64,000 nt of DNA from Rhodobiaceae bacterium (GCA_020637985.1 JACKJK010000007.1:99112-163111), one strand, 5' to 3'; positions 38,756 to 49,110 are shown, counted from the first letter of the stretch. Notes: generated from the sequence alone by a model not told the origin. Translations and numbers: made by a program.

Positions 38756-41193
38756 CATTGCCATCCCACGCCCAGATCGTCGTCATCGGCGGCGGAATCA
38801 TCGGCTGCTCGACGGCCTATCATCTCGCCCGTGACCACAAGTGCGACGTGGTGCTGCTCGAGCAGGGCAAGCTGACGTCCGGCTCGACATGGCACGCGGC
38901 AGGCCTTGTCGGGCAATTGCGTTCATCCGCATCGATCACGCGGGTGCTGAAATACTCCGTTGACCTGTACAAGACTCTCGACAAGGAAACGGGGCTGGAG
39001 ACTGGCTGGAAGATGACCGGCTGCCTGCGACTTGCCACCAACCAGGACCGCTGGACCGAGTATCGCAGGCTGGCCACCACCGCGAAGAGCTTCGGCATGG
39101 AGATGCACCTGCTGTCTCCCGGCGAGGTCAAGGCGATGTGGCCGCTGATGGACACCTCCGATCTCGTCGGCGCCAGCTGGCTGCCGACGGACGGGCAGGC
39201 GAGCCCGTCGGACATCACCCAGTCGCTCGCCAAGGGCGCGCGCATGCACGGGGTGAAGATCTTCGAGGATACCCGCGTCACCGGCTTCGACATGAAGGAC
39301 GGTCGCATCACCGCGGTGAAGACGGCGCAGGGGGCGATTGCCTGCGAGAGCGTCGTCAACTGCGCCGGCCAGTGGGCGCGCCAGGTCGGCGACATGGCCG
39401 GCATCAACGTGCCGCTGCAGCCGGTCAAGCACCAGTATGTCATCACCGAGAAGATCGACGGACTTGCAAACGATGCGGCGACCATCCGCGATCCCGACCG
39501 GCGGACCTACTTCAAGGAGGAGGTCGGCGGCCTGGTGTTCGGCGGCTACGAGCCGAACCCGATTGCCTGGACCACCGGCGACGTGCCGAACGACTGGGAG
39601 TTCCGGCTCTTCGACGACGACTACGAGCACTTCGAGCAGCACATCGAGCAGGCGATTGCGCGCGTGCCCGCGCTGGAGAAGACCGGCGTCAAGCAGATGA
39701 TCAACGGGCCGGAGAGCTTCACGCCGGATGGCAACTTCATCCTCGGCTCGGCGCGCGAATGCGCCAACATGTATGTCGGCGCGGGCTTCAACGCCTTCGG
39801 CATCGCGTCGGGCGGCGGGGCCGGCTGGGTGCTGGCCGAATGGGTGGTTCGCGGCGAGGCGCCGCTCGACCTGTGGGTCGTCGACATCCGCCGCTTCTCC
39901 GAGCTGCACAAGGACCGCAAGTGGGTCTGCGACCGCACGCTGGAGGCCTATGGCAAGCACTACACCATCGGCTTCCCGCACGAGGAGTACGAATCCGGAC
40001 GTCCCTATATCGTCTCGCCGCTCTACGAGCGGCTGAAGAAGCACAATGTCGTGTTCGGCTCCAAGCTCGGCTGGGAGCGGCCGAACTGGTTTGCGCCCGA
40101 AGGCATGGAGGCGAAGGACGTCTATTCCATGGGTCGGCAGAACTGGTTCGCGCCCGTCGGCGAGGAACACGCCCATGTGCGCGAGGCGGTCGGCATCTTC
40201 GACCAGTCGTCGTTCGCCAAGTACGAGATGACGGGGCCGGGCGCGCTTGCCGCGCTCGACTGGATCTGCGCCAACAACGTCAGCAAGCCGACGGGCCGGC
40301 TGACCTACACCCAGCTTCTCAACTCGCGCGGCGGCATCGAGTGCGACCTCACAGTGGCGCGGCTTTCGGAGGAACACTTCTACATCGTCACCGGCACGGG
40401 CTTCCGCACGCACGACCTTGCCTGGATCGCGGACCATGTGCCGGAGGGATGCGACGTCGCGCTGAAGGACGTGACGGAGGATTTCGGCACATTGTCGCTG
40501 ATGGGGCCGCGTGCGCGCGACGTGCTGGCCGCGGTCGCGGACGCGGACGTCTCCAATGAAGCGTTCCCGTTCGGCCACGTGCGCGAGATCGGAATCGCCG
40601 GCCACACGGTGCGCGCGCTGCGCGTCACCTATGTCGGTGAGCTTGGCTGGGAACTGCACATCCCGATCGGCGCGACGGGGGAGGTGTTCGATGCGCTGAT
40701 GGCGGCGGGCAAGCCGCATGACCTGAAGCCCGTTGGCTACCGCGCGCTGGAATCGCTGCGGCTGGAAAAGGGTTACCGGGCGTGGGGCTCGGACATCACG
40801 CCGAACGATACGCCCTTCGAGGCCGGGCTCGGCTGGGCGGTGAAACTGAAGAAGAACACGCCCTTCATGGGGCGCGACGCCGTAGAATCGAAGACCGGCA
40901 AGCCTCTGACGAAACGCCTCGCCGGGTTCACGGTCGACGATCCCGACGCGGTGCTTGTCGGGCGCGAGACGATCCTGCGCAACGGCGAGCCGGTCGGATA
41001 CCTGACCAGCGGCGGCTACGGCTACACGATTGGCAGAAGCGTCGGCTATGGCTACGTGCGCAACGCCGACGGCGTCGACGACGATTTCCTGCTGAGCGGC
41101 GACTACGAACTGGTCGTCGCCAACGAGCCGGTACCGGCGAAGATCGGGCTGGAACCTTTCTTCGATCCCGACAACTCACGCGTGAAGGGCTGA
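38752..41193 (+). CDS. GcvT-family FAD-dependent oxidoreductase (sarcosine/dimethylglycine dehydrogenase-like)
   Basis: VVIGGGIIG, SGSTWHAAG, NGPESFTPDG, GWERPNWF, YVGELGWELH, SLRLEKGY. Start MTLPSHAQ overlaps the kinase stop. Confidence 0.93.
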   Translation: MTLPSHAQIVVIGGGIIGCSTAYHLARDHKCDVVLLEQGKLTSGSTWHAAGLVGQLRSSASITRVLKYSVDLYKTLDKETGLETGWKMTGCLRLATNQDRWTEYRRLATTAKSFGMEMHLLSPGEVKAMWPLMDTSDLVGASWLPTDGQASPSDITQSLAKGARMHGVKIFEDTRVTGFDMKDGRITAVKTAQGAIACESVVNCAGQWARQVGDMAGINVPLQPVKHQYVITEKIDGLANDAATIRDPDRRTYFKEEVGGLVFGGYEPNPIAWTTGDVPNDWEFRLFDDDYEHFEQHIEQAIARVPALEKTGVKQMINGPESFTPDGNFILGSARECANMYVGAGFNAFGIASGGGAGWVLAEWVVRGEAPLDLWVVDIRRFSELHKDRKWVCDRTLEAYGKHYTIGFPHEEYESGRPYIVSPLYERLKKHNVVFGSKLGWERPNWFAPEGMEAKDVYSMGRQNWFAPVGEEHAHVREAVGIFDQSSFAKYEMTGPGALAALDWICANNVSKPTGRLTYTQLLNSRGGIECDLTVARLSEEHFYIVTGTGFRTHDLAWIADHVPEGCDVALKDVTEDFGTLSLMGPRARDVLAAVADADVSNEAFPFGHVREIGIAGHTVRALRVTYVGELGWELHIPIGATGEVFDALMAAGKPHDLKPVGYRALESLRLEKGYRAWGSDITPNDTPFEAGLGWAVKLKKNTPFMGRDAVESKTGKPLTKRLAGFTVDDPDAVLVGRETILRNGEPVGYLTSGGYGYTIGRSVGYGYVRNADGVDDDFLLSGDYELVVANEPVPAKIGLEPFFDPDNSRVKG

Positions 41194-41196
41194 CAC

Positions 41197-43614
41197 ATGG
41201 GCTTTGCGGCGGACAGGCATGCGCGCATCATAGTCATCGGGGGAGGCGCGGTTGGCTGCTCGGTCGCCTATCACCTGGCGCGGGCGGGCGAAAAGGACGT
41301 GCTGCTGCTGGAGAAGGCACAACTGACGCAAGGGTCCACGTGGCACGCGGCGGGGCTGGTCGGACAGCTGCGGACAAAGCGCGCGCTGACGCGGCTGATG
41401 CAGAACTCGGTCGCGGTTTACGACCGGCTCGAAGGCGAAACCGGGCTCGTCATCGACTGGAAGAAGGTTGGCTCGCTGCGCCTTGCGGCAAGCGAAACGC
41501 GCTGGAGCGAAATCCGCCGCTCGATGCAGCTTGCCCGGAGCTTCGGCTTCGAGTGCCACAGCCTGAGCGCGGCGGAGGCCAAGGCGAAGTTCGACTACAT
41601 CGACCCGAAGGGTGTCGTCGGCGCGGCGTTCATCGAGACCGATGGGTACATCGACCCGTATGCGCTAACGCAGGCCTACGCCAAGGCGGCGCGCGACAAC
41701 GGCGCGAAGATCCAGGAAGGCGTGCTGGTCGAGGACATCGTGCGCGAGGGCCGGCGCGTCGTCGGCGTCGTCACCAATGCCGGCAACATCGGCTGCGACA
41801 TCCTCGTCAATTGTGCCGGGATATGGGCCAAGCGCATCGGCGAGATGCTCGGCGTGCCGCTGGCGGCGGGCGCCGTCGAGCACCAGTATTTCGTCACCGA
41901 GAAGACGCTGGATTTCCCGAAGAACCTGACGACGCTGCGCGATCCCGACCACAACTTCTATCTCAAGCCGGATGTCGCGAGCTTCGCCATCGGCGGCTGG
42001 GAGGAAGGTACGAACGGGTGCTGGCGCGGACGCCCGCCGTTCGATTTCGGGCGCGAGCTGTTCCCGCCCAACATGGACCGGCTGGAGCTGTTCGCGCTGC
42101 CGGCGGCAGAGCGCCTGCCGATCCTCAACGAGACCGGCATACAGACAATCATCAACGGGCCAATCCCCGTTTCCGCCGACGGCGAGCCGATCATGGGGCT
42201 GGCGCCGGAACTCGACAACTTCTTCGTCGCCTGCGGCTTCACCGCCGGCATCGCGGCATCGGGCGGGGCGGGCGAGGCGATGGCGAACTGGATCATCCAT
42301 GGCGATCCGGGCCTCGACCTGTGGCCGTTCGACGTGCGCCGCTTCGGTGCGCCGCATGCGCAGGCGCGCTACCTGGAGGAGCGCGCCATCGAGGCCTATG
42401 CCGCATACTACAAGGTGCACTGGCCGGCCGAGGAAGGGCATGCGGGCAGGGGCCTGCGCCGTTCGCCGCTGTACGACATCCTGAAACGGCGCGGCGCGGT
42501 ATACGGCTCGCGCTTCGGCTGGGAGCGGGCGAACTGGTTTGCCGTCGGCGGCACGACCAGCAGCGAGACGCCGAGCTTCGAGGGCAAGCCGGGCTGGTTC
42601 GACGCGGTGGGGGCGGAGGCGCGCGCCATCCGCGAGCGCGTGGCGCTGATCGACCAGACGTCGTTCTCCAAGTACGAAATTTCCGGACCTGGCGCGCGCG
42701 ACGCCATGCAGAAGATTGCCGCGGGCGACCTGTCCGGCCCTGCCGGCAAGGCCGTCTACACGCAGCTGTGCAACGCGCGCGGCGGCATCGAGGCGGACGT
42801 GACGCTGGTGCATCTTTCCGACGACCTCGTCTGGCTCGTCACCGGCTCCGGTTTCGGCGTGCGCGACAGCGCCTGGGTGCACGCCCACCTGCCCGACGGC
42901 GTCAGCATCCGCGAGATCACCAACAGCATTGCCACGCTCAATATCTGCGGGCCGCGCTCGCGCGACGTGCTGCAATCGGTCAGCGACGACGACCTGTCGA
43001 GCGACGCATTTTCATTCCTCGCAGCGCGATGGATCGAGATCGGAAACGCGCGGGCGCTCGCCGTGCGCATCGGCTATGTCGGCGAACTGGGGTGGGAGCT
43101 CTACATCCCGCAGGAATATGCCGCACAGGTCTACGAGACGCTGCTCGACGCGGGAGAAGCGCATGGCATCGTCGATGCCGGATACAGGGCGATCGAAAGC
43201 TGCCGGTTGGAGAAGGGCTATCTCTACTGGTCTGCCGACATCACGCCGTACACCAGCCCCTACGAGGCCGGCCTCGGATTTGCTGTTGCGCTCGACAAGG
43301 GCGACTTCATCGGCCGCGACGCGCTCGTGAGAGCGAAGTCGGAGGGCGCGAAGCGCAAGCTGGTGGCGCTGGCAGTCGAGGGATTTGCGCCATTTCACAG
43401 CGGCGAGACCGTCGTCGTCGAGGGCAGGCCCGTGGGGCAGCTGACCAGTGCGGGCTACGGCCATCACCTCGGCAAGACGATCGGGTTTGCCTACCTGCCG
43501 GCGGAGATCGCCGGGCTGAACGGCTGCCAGATCGAGGCGTTCGGCAAGGCCTGGGACGCGGTGCGGGGCCCGCGTTGCCACTACGACGCGAAGCAGGAGA
43601 GGTTGAAGTCATGA
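41197..43614 (+). CDS. Second GcvT-family FAD-dependent oxidoreductase
   Basis: VIGGGAVG, GSTWHAAG, NGPIPVSADG, GWERANWF, YVGELGWELY, RLEKGY. Confidence 0.93.
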   Translation: MGFAADRHARIIVIGGGAVGCSVAYHLARAGEKDVLLLEKAQLTQGSTWHAAGLVGQLRTKRALTRLMQNSVAVYDRLEGETGLVIDWKKVGSLRLAASETRWSEIRRSMQLARSFGFECHSLSAAEAKAKFDYIDPKGVVGAAFIETDGYIDPYALTQAYAKAARDNGAKIQEGVLVEDIVREGRRVVGVVTNAGNIGCDILVNCAGIWAKRIGEMLGVPLAAGAVEHQYFVTEKTLDFPKNLTTLRDPDHNFYLKPDVASFAIGGWEEGTNGCWRGRPPFDFGRELFPPNMDRLELFALPAAERLPILNETGIQTIINGPIPVSADGEPIMGLAPELDNFFVACGFTAGIAASGGAGEAMANWIIHGDPGLDLWPFDVRRFGAPHAQARYLEERAIEAYAAYYKVHWPAEEGHAGRGLRRSPLYDILKRRGAVYGSRFGWERANWFAVGGTTSSETPSFEGKPGWFDAVGAEARAIRERVALIDQTSFSKYEISGPGARDAMQKIAAGDLSGPAGKAVYTQLCNARGGIEADVTLVHLSDDLVWLVTGSGFGVRDSAWVHAHLPDGVSIREITNSIATLNICGPRSRDVLQSVSDDDLSSDAFSFLAARWIEIGNARALAVRIGYVGELGWELYIPQEYAAQVYETLLDAGEAHGIVDAGYRAIESCRLEKGYLYWSADITPYTSPYEAGLGFAVALDKGDFIGRDALVRAKSEGAKRKLVALAVEGFAPFHSGETVVVEGRPVGQLTSAGYGHHLGKTIGFAYLPAEIAGLNGCQIEAFGKAWDAVRGPRCHYDAKQERLKS

Positions 43615-44525
43615 GCGACGATATCGACGCGCAGGTGAAGGCGGCGGTCGCCGCGGTTCCGGAGCTTGCGGCGAGCGGCGCGCAGCCGCAGCGCCTTGGC
43701 GGTCTGACCAACCTGGTGTTCCGCGTCGGCGACTACTGTCTGCGCATCCCCGGCAAGGGGACGGAGGAATACATCAACCGCGCACATGAGGGCATCACGG
43801 CGCGCGCCGCAGCGGCGGCTGGCGTCAGCCCCAAGGTCGTGCATTTCGACGAGACAAGCGGGCTGATGGTGACCCGTTTCATCGACGGTGCCGCGACCAT
43901 GTCACCGGAGACCTTCAAGTCGCGAAATGGCAGTCCGGCGCGGGCCGGGAAGGCGTTCCGCAAGCTGCACGACTCGGGCGCCAAGTTCCCGTTCCGCTTC
44001 GAGTTGTCCGCGATGATCGACGACTACCTGAAGATCCTGTCGACCAAGGACGTGGCGCTACCCGACGGCTATCACGACGTGGTCAAGGAGGCGGAGAGCG
44101 TGCGCGCCGCGCTGAACGCCCGTCCGCTGCCCAATGTCGCCTGCCACTGCGACCCGCTGTGCGAGAACTTCCTCGACACCGGCGACACCATGTGGATCGT
44201 CGACTGGGAATATTCCGGCATGAACGACCCGATGTGGGACCTTGGCGACCTGTCCGTGGAAGGCGGGTTCGACGCGGCGCAGGACGAGGAGATGATCCTG
44301 GCCTATTTCGGCGGCGAGCCGCGCCCCGCCGACCGCGGCCGCATCGTCATCTACAAGGCGATGTGCGACCTGCTGTGGACCCTGTGGGGGCTGATCCAGC
44401 TCGCCAACGACAACCCGGCGGATGATTTCCGCGCCTATGCCGACGGGCGCTTCGCGCGCTGCAAGGCGCTGATGGCAACACCCGATTTCGCACGGCACGT
44501 ACAAGCCGTCGCGCGGGGAGCGTAA
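43611..44525 (+). CDS. Second choline/ethanolamine-kinase-like phosphotransferase (LicA-like)
   Basis: RLGGLTN, RIPGKGTEEYINR, CHCDPLCENFL, IVDWEYSGMND. C-terminal part of track ORF 40782..44525; ATGA overlap. Confidence 0.9.
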   Translation: MSDDIDAQVKAAVAAVPELAASGAQPQRLGGLTNLVFRVGDYCLRIPGKGTEEYINRAHEGITARAAAAAGVSPKVVHFDETSGLMVTRFIDGAATMSPETFKSRNGSPARAGKAFRKLHDSGAKFPFRFELSAMIDDYLKILSTKDVALPDGYHDVVKEAESVRAALNARPLPNVACHCDPLCENFLDTGDTMWIVDWEYSGMNDPMWDLGDLSVEGGFDAAQDEEMILAYFGGEPRPADRGRIVIYKAMCDLLWTLWGLIQLANDNPADDFRAYADGRFARCKALMATPDFARHVQAVARGA

Positions 44526-44528
44526 GCT

Positions 44529-45344
44529 TCAGAACTTGCGGGCGAGGAACAGGTGGCCTGGCACCGGCGCGCCGTCTTCCATGCGCACGTCGATGTCGGC
44601 GACGAATATGGTGTCGATGCCGGCGGCGGCGAGCGTGTCGTTGATGTAGAACGGGTCGTGCGCGAAGCGGTGGTTGGCGTTCACGACGTATGGTGCGTCA
44701 GCGAATGCTTCCTGCTCCAGCGTTTCGGTTGAAAACGCGAAGGTGCCGCCGGCGTTCAGGCGGGCGGACACCGCAGCGAAGAACTCCGCGATGTCGCCAA
44801 GATAGGGAAGGACGTCGGCGGCGACGACGAGGTCCCAGTTGGCTTCCTCGGTCTCTTCCTTCAGGAAGGACACGATCTCGGCGATGTAGAGGTCGTCGTA
44901 GAGGTCGCGTTCGGCGGCCTTCTCGATCATCTCCTCGGAAATGTCGACGCAAGTGCGATTCCGCGTCATGTCCTGCAGCGCGACGGCGCAGAGCCCGGTG
45001 CCGCAGCCAAGGTCCAGCATGCGACCGTAGGGTCCCGGCGCGTGTTCGCGCATCGCCTGGGCGATCAGGTTGGGAGCGTCGTAGCCCAACTGATCGACAA
45101 GGATACTGTCAAAGGCCTCCGCATGCTGGTCGAACAGCGTCGCCACGTAGGCGGGCGAAGCGCGCAGCGGCGTTGCGCCACGGCCCATGGCGGCAAGGCG
45201 AACGGCGGCGCCGCCGCAATCGGCGGGATCGATTTCCAGAACCTTGCGCCACGCGATGGCCGCCTCGTCCAGCCGTCCGGCCTTCTCGAGCTTCAGTGCT
45301 CGATTGTAGGTGCGCTCCAGTGCATCGAAATCCGTGTCCTGCAT
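44529..45344 (-). CDS. TPR-containing class I SAM-dependent methyltransferase
   Basis: YNRALKLEKAG, YVATLFDQHAEAFD, MLDLGCGTGL, AADVLPYLG, RFAH. Confidence 0.88.
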   Translation of the reverse strand: MQDTDFDALERTYNRALKLEKAGRLDEAAIAWRKVLEIDPADCGGAAVRLAAMGRGATPLRASPAYVATLFDQHAEAFDSILVDQLGYDAPNLIAQAMREHAPGPYGRMLDLGCGTGLCAVALQDMTRNRTCVDISEEMIEKAAERDLYDDLYIAEIVSFLKEETEEANWDLVVAADVLPYLGDIAEFFAAVSARLNAGGTFAFSTETLEQEAFADAPYVVNANHRFAHDPFYINDTLAAAGIDTIFVADIDVRMEDGAPVPGHLFLARKF

Positions 45345-45365
45345 GACAATCGCGCCGGGCGCCTC

Positions 45366-47087
45366 TCAGCTTGCTTCGCTGTCGCGCTTGAACGCCGCCT
45401 CGACGTCGCGTTCCAGCTCTTCATGCAGGTCGGGATACAACAGGAGGCGGGCAATTGCCACGTCGGTTGCGCTCGCGCTGCCGAGGCCTTCCTGCTTCAA
45501 CTTCGCCAGTGCATCCGCCGTCTCGGCGCGGTCCCCCAACCGGTAGGCCACGGCGGCGCGCAACAGCAGGAAGTTCACCTGGCGGTTGGAGCCTGCCCGG
45601 TTGATCAGGTCGAGGGCGGCGCGGAACCGCCCTTCAACATAGGCATGATAGGCCGGCCCGATATAGCTCCAGGCGGGCGGGTTCGGATTGAGCGTCCAAG
45701 CGCGCTGGATCAACGCGATTCCGGTTGCCCAATCGCCGTATGTCAGGGCCAGCTTCTGGCCGTAGTCCGCCAGCAGGTCGGAATCGTTGGGGTTGTTCTC
45801 CAGCGCTGCCCTACCGATGTGTTCGAAGGATTCCCGGTCGCCCTGGTAGACGGCGATGGTGAACGACGCCTGGGCGGCAAGTGCCGAAAGCGGGTCAACG
45901 TCCATGGCTTGCCGTGCATAGTCGGCTGCCCGCTCGACCGGGTCATAGCCTTCGCGCTGGTTGTACTGGTAGCGGTATTCATCGAGCGTCACGAAGGCGA
46001 GCGCAGCCAGGCCTTCTGCGTAGTCCGGATCTGCTTCGAACGCCCGCTCCAGGCAGTCGCGCAGTTTGGCGTGTTCGGCGGCGCTGAAGCTGCGCCAGTA
46101 GACGTACGTCCGCATGACGCACTGGTAGGCGGCAAGCGACGCGGTCGTGTCGCGGCGTGAGCGTTCCTGTTCCAGACGCCCGATGATGCCACCGGGAGGC
46201 GCGACGGCCAGGGCGATCGCGCGGGCGATTTCCCGCTGGATGTGAATCAGGTCGGTGGCACTCAGCGTCGCGTTGAAGGTGTCTGCCCAGATGACGGTAC
46301 GGCTTCTCACGTCTTCCAGTTGCGCCGAGACAGCGAGCTTGTCGCTGCTGCGCCGCAGTTGGCCGACAATGCGGTAGTCGCCGGGCGGCGAGGTCTTGCC
46401 AATCGCCCCGGCACCCGAGTTGCCCGCGGACGGCAATGCACTGCCGGCCACGACGACCAGCCAGCGGAAACGGGCGACTTCGGCAATCGTGTCCACCGTC
46501 AATCCCGCCGCCAGGACATCGTCTTCCGGAGCCCCCGTGATGTTCGCGAAGGGCATGGCGATGATCCTGGGGCCATGCATCTCGAGCGCCAGTTCGACCT
46601 CGGCAAGCCTTTCCCTCGCGGGGTACAGGGCCCAGTGGGCTGCAAATCCCGCAATGGCGCTGGCTGTGAGCAGCACGAGGAGAAGATATGGCGACGCAAG
46701 ATCTGCCGATATCAAACGATCGCGGGGGCTTGCCCGATCCGCGGGCTTTTCCGCAACGACGAACGCTGGCCTGTAGCTGCCGCGTTCCAGGACGATGCGG
46801 ACGGGGTCGTCGGTACCTTCGGTTGCGTAGTAGAGGTCGAGCGCCTGGCGTAGCCGTGCAACCTCGACACGCACGATGCTGTCGGAAGCGGGATCGAAGT
46901 CGTCGGACCGGCCCAGCACGTCGGTTGCGATGGCATAGGCCTTGATGCGTGCGCCGTCGCCGGAGACTTCGCGATTGACCACATATTCCAGGATGGAGCG
47001 CGCACGTTCGGCGTTGGCAAACGCCGCTCCGGAGAGAACGCGCGCCAGTTCTTCCTCGATGTCTGCGCGCTGAACCGGCATGCGCAC
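45366..47087 (-). CDS. Membrane-spanning regulator-like protein (N-terminal wHTH-like, TM, TolB-like and TPR domains)
   Basis: IKAYAIATDVLGR.DDFDP.SD.IVRVEVARLR..L..YY, one TM segment, MPFANI, TPR-like repeats (ADPDYAE, ENNPNDSD). Confidence 0.8.
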   Translation of the reverse strand: MRMPVQRADIEEELARVLSGAAFANAERARSILEYVVNREVSGDGARIKAYAIATDVLGRSDDFDPASDSIVRVEVARLRQALDLYYATEGTDDPVRIVLERGSYRPAFVVAEKPADRASPRDRLISADLASPYLLLVLLTASAIAGFAAHWALYPARERLAEVELALEMHGPRIIAMPFANITGAPEDDVLAAGLTVDTIAEVARFRWLVVVAGSALPSAGNSGAGAIGKTSPPGDYRIVGQLRRSSDKLAVSAQLEDVRSRTVIWADTFNATLSATDLIHIQREIARAIALAVAPPGGIIGRLEQERSRRDTTASLAAYQCVMRTYVYWRSFSAAEHAKLRDCLERAFEADPDYAEGLAALAFVTLDEYRYQYNQREGYDPVERAADYARQAMDVDPLSALAAQASFTIAVYQGDRESFEHIGRAALENNPNDSDLLADYGQKLALTYGDWATGIALIQRAWTLNPNPPAWSYIGPAYHAYVEGRFRAALDLINRAGSNRQVNFLLLRAAVAYRLGDRAETADALAKLKQEGLGSASATDVAIARLLLYPDLHEELERDVEAAFKRDSEAS

Positions 47088-47449
47088 CTTCCCATCGGCA
47101 ACAGGTATCGGATGCGTCCGTCAGTGTCTTACTATCGGTGTATACGCCTCAGATCGATTGCCGTTTCATACAGCATAACACCTTCCGTTGCGTCATAACA
47201 TGTTAATTCGCTGTACGTGCTGGCGCGCCTGCGCGAGTGGCGCTACGAGGCCGCCAATCGACCCGGCCTGAAGCCGGGACGGATGAGTCGGATTGCGGCA
47301 ATCCGGCCATTCGCGTTTGCGGCAAGAAAACCAACGCGTTCGCATCTGCTTGCGCGCCTGCATTCGGTGGAATTGCAGGCCTGACGCATTATTTGGCGTT
47401 GCGCGAGATTGCGTGTTGCGTTGGTTCGGAAAACCGACGAGGAAACAAA

Positions 47450-47884
47450 TTGACTAGGACCATGTACAAGCCAGAACCGCCCTTGGACGGGTGTGAAGGC
47501 AACGCCAACCTCGACCATACGATCAGCGAACTCGCCGAGCGTTTCGGGGTGACGATGCGCACGTTGCGCTTCTACGAGGAAAAGGGGCTGCTGAAGCCGA
47601 ACAGGCGCGGCAATCGCCGCCTCTATTCCATGCAGGACGTTCATGTCCTGTCCGACATCGTGCGGATGAAGGAGATGGGCCTGAGCATCACGTGCATCCA
47701 GTCCATCATGAAAACCGTGCGTTCGGGGAATGTCGAGACGGCTCGTTCGCGCCTGCTCAGCGAGGCTCAGATGCGGCTCGTTGATATCGACAAGGAAATG
47801 GAGTTTCTGCGTATCGCACAAGATGCGGCGCAGCGCGCGGCACAGGACATTTCCGCCGGCGAGAGGTGGTTCAAATCCGCATGA
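47450..47884 (+). CDS. MerR family transcriptional regulator
   Basis: TISELAERFGVTMRTLRFYEEKGLL.P.RRGNRRLYS. Start TTG 47450 (GAGG RBS) or ATG 47462. Confidence 0.88.
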   Translation: MTRTMYKPEPPLDGCEGNANLDHTISELAERFGVTMRTLRFYEEKGLLKPNRRGNRRLYSMQDVHVLSDIVRMKEMGLSITCIQSIMKTVRSGNVETARSRLLSEAQMRLVDIDKEMEFLRIAQDAAQRAAQDISAGERWFKSA

Positions 47885-47928
47885 CGCCTTTCGTGCGGCG
47901 CGCGTTGCGAAGAGTATGCTTCTCATGG

Positions 47929-47963
47929 AAACCCGGTTGCCGACGAGGCTGCCGGGTTTTTTT
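47929..47963 (+). terminator. Rho-independent terminator after the MerR gene
   Basis: AAACCCGGTTGCC-gacga-GGCTGCCGGGTTT followed by T-tract. Confidence 0.7.
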
Positions 47964-48169
47964 ATTGCTTACACGCAAATGCGTGTTTGTTCGGATGGTT
48001 TGGAGTGCCGGCGACCTTGCTCTGGTGCAAGGGACGGGGTAAGGCTTGCCCCGTATTCGAGTCCTCTTTCGGCCAAGCTGAGGAGGGGCGTTGGAAATCG
48101 ACCATGGCAATCCGGCAGCGATGCACATAGCGGGCCTTGCGGATTGCGAGATGACCATTCGGACCTGTC

Positions 48170-48535
48170 ATGCCTGAGCTGTTGCACGACTACCTTCCGA
48201 TCGCCGTTTTTCTCGGCATTTCCGCAGTGATCGCCCTGGCGCTGATGGTGTCGCCGTTCCTGCTCGCGGTGAACAACCCCGACAGTGAGAAGGTGGCCGC
48301 CTACGAGTGCGGTTTCCAGCCGTTCGACGATGCGCGCATGAAGTTCGACGTGCGGTTCTACCTCGTTGCGATCCTGTTCATCATCTTCGATCTCGAGGTC
48401 GCCTTCCTGTTTCCGTGGGCGGTTGCCTTCGGCAAGCTGGGCTGGGCCGGATTCTGGTCGATGATGGTGTTCCTCGGGGTGCTGACGATCGGGTTCGCCT
48501 ACGAATGGCGGAAGGGGGCGCTGGAATGGGATTGA
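48170..48535 (+). CDS. nuoA: NADH-quinone oxidoreductase subunit A
   Basis: [30 protein letters not shown]. Confidence 0.97.
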   Translation: MPELLHDYLPIAVFLGISAVIALALMVSPFLLAVNNPDSEKVAAYECGFQPFDDARMKFDVRFYLVAILFIIFDLEVAFLFPWAVAFGKLGWAGFWSMMVFLGVLTIGFAYEWRKGALEWD

Positions 48536-49110
48536 TCGATCCGGCGGGAAAGCCGCTGGTCGCGCCTGCCGCGACCGGGGCAATCGATCCGCGCACCGGC
48601 CGGCCGGTCGGGGCGGATGATGCGTTTTTCGGCGAGATCAGCGCCGAGCTCGCCGACAAGGGCTTCATCGTCACGGCGACCGACGAGCTCATCAACTGGG
48701 CGCGCACCGGCTCGCTGATGTGGATGACGTTCGGGCTTGCGTGCTGCGCGGTCGAGATGATGCAGATGTCGATGCCGCGCTACGACTGCGAACGCTTCGG
48801 CTTCGCGCCGCGCGGCTCGCCGCGCCAGTCGGACGTGATGATCGTCGCGGGAACGTTGACCAACAAGATGGCGCCGGCGCTGCGCAAGGTCTACGACCAG
48901 ATGCCGGAACCGCGCTACGTGATCTCGATGGGCAGCTGTGCCAACGGCGGCGGCTACTACCACTATTCGTACTCGGTGGTGCGCGGCTGCGACCGGGTGG
49001 TGCCGGTCGACATCTACGTGCCGGGGTGCCCGCCGACCGCCGAGGCGCTGCTCTACGGCGTGATGCTGCTGCAGAAGAAGATCCGCCGCACCGGCACGAT
49101 CGAACGTTGA
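48526..49110 (+). CDS. nuoB: NADH-quinone oxidoreductase subunit B
   Basis: [30 protein letters not shown]. Confidence 0.97.
   Translation: MGLIDPAGKPLVAPAATGAIDPRTGRPVGADDAFFGEISAELADKGFIVTATDELINWARTGSLMWMTFGLACCAVEMMQMSMPRYDCERFGFAPRGSPRQSDVMIVAGTLTNKMAPALRKVYDQMPEPRYVISMGSCANGGGYYHYSYSVVRGCDRVVPVDIYVPGCPPTAEALLYGVMLLQKKIRRTGTIER

Noticed and set aside
40782-44525. 1247-aa ORF suggesting a giant kinase fusion
   Set aside because: The first ~940 codons are an off-frame overlap of the two GcvT genes. The real gene starts at 43611 with an ATGA overlap.
48056-48064. TTCGAGTCC matching the tRNA-Asp T-loop as a possible relic att site before nuoA
   Set aside because: Only 9 bp, the match does not extend, and there is no associated integrase. 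Compatible with chance.
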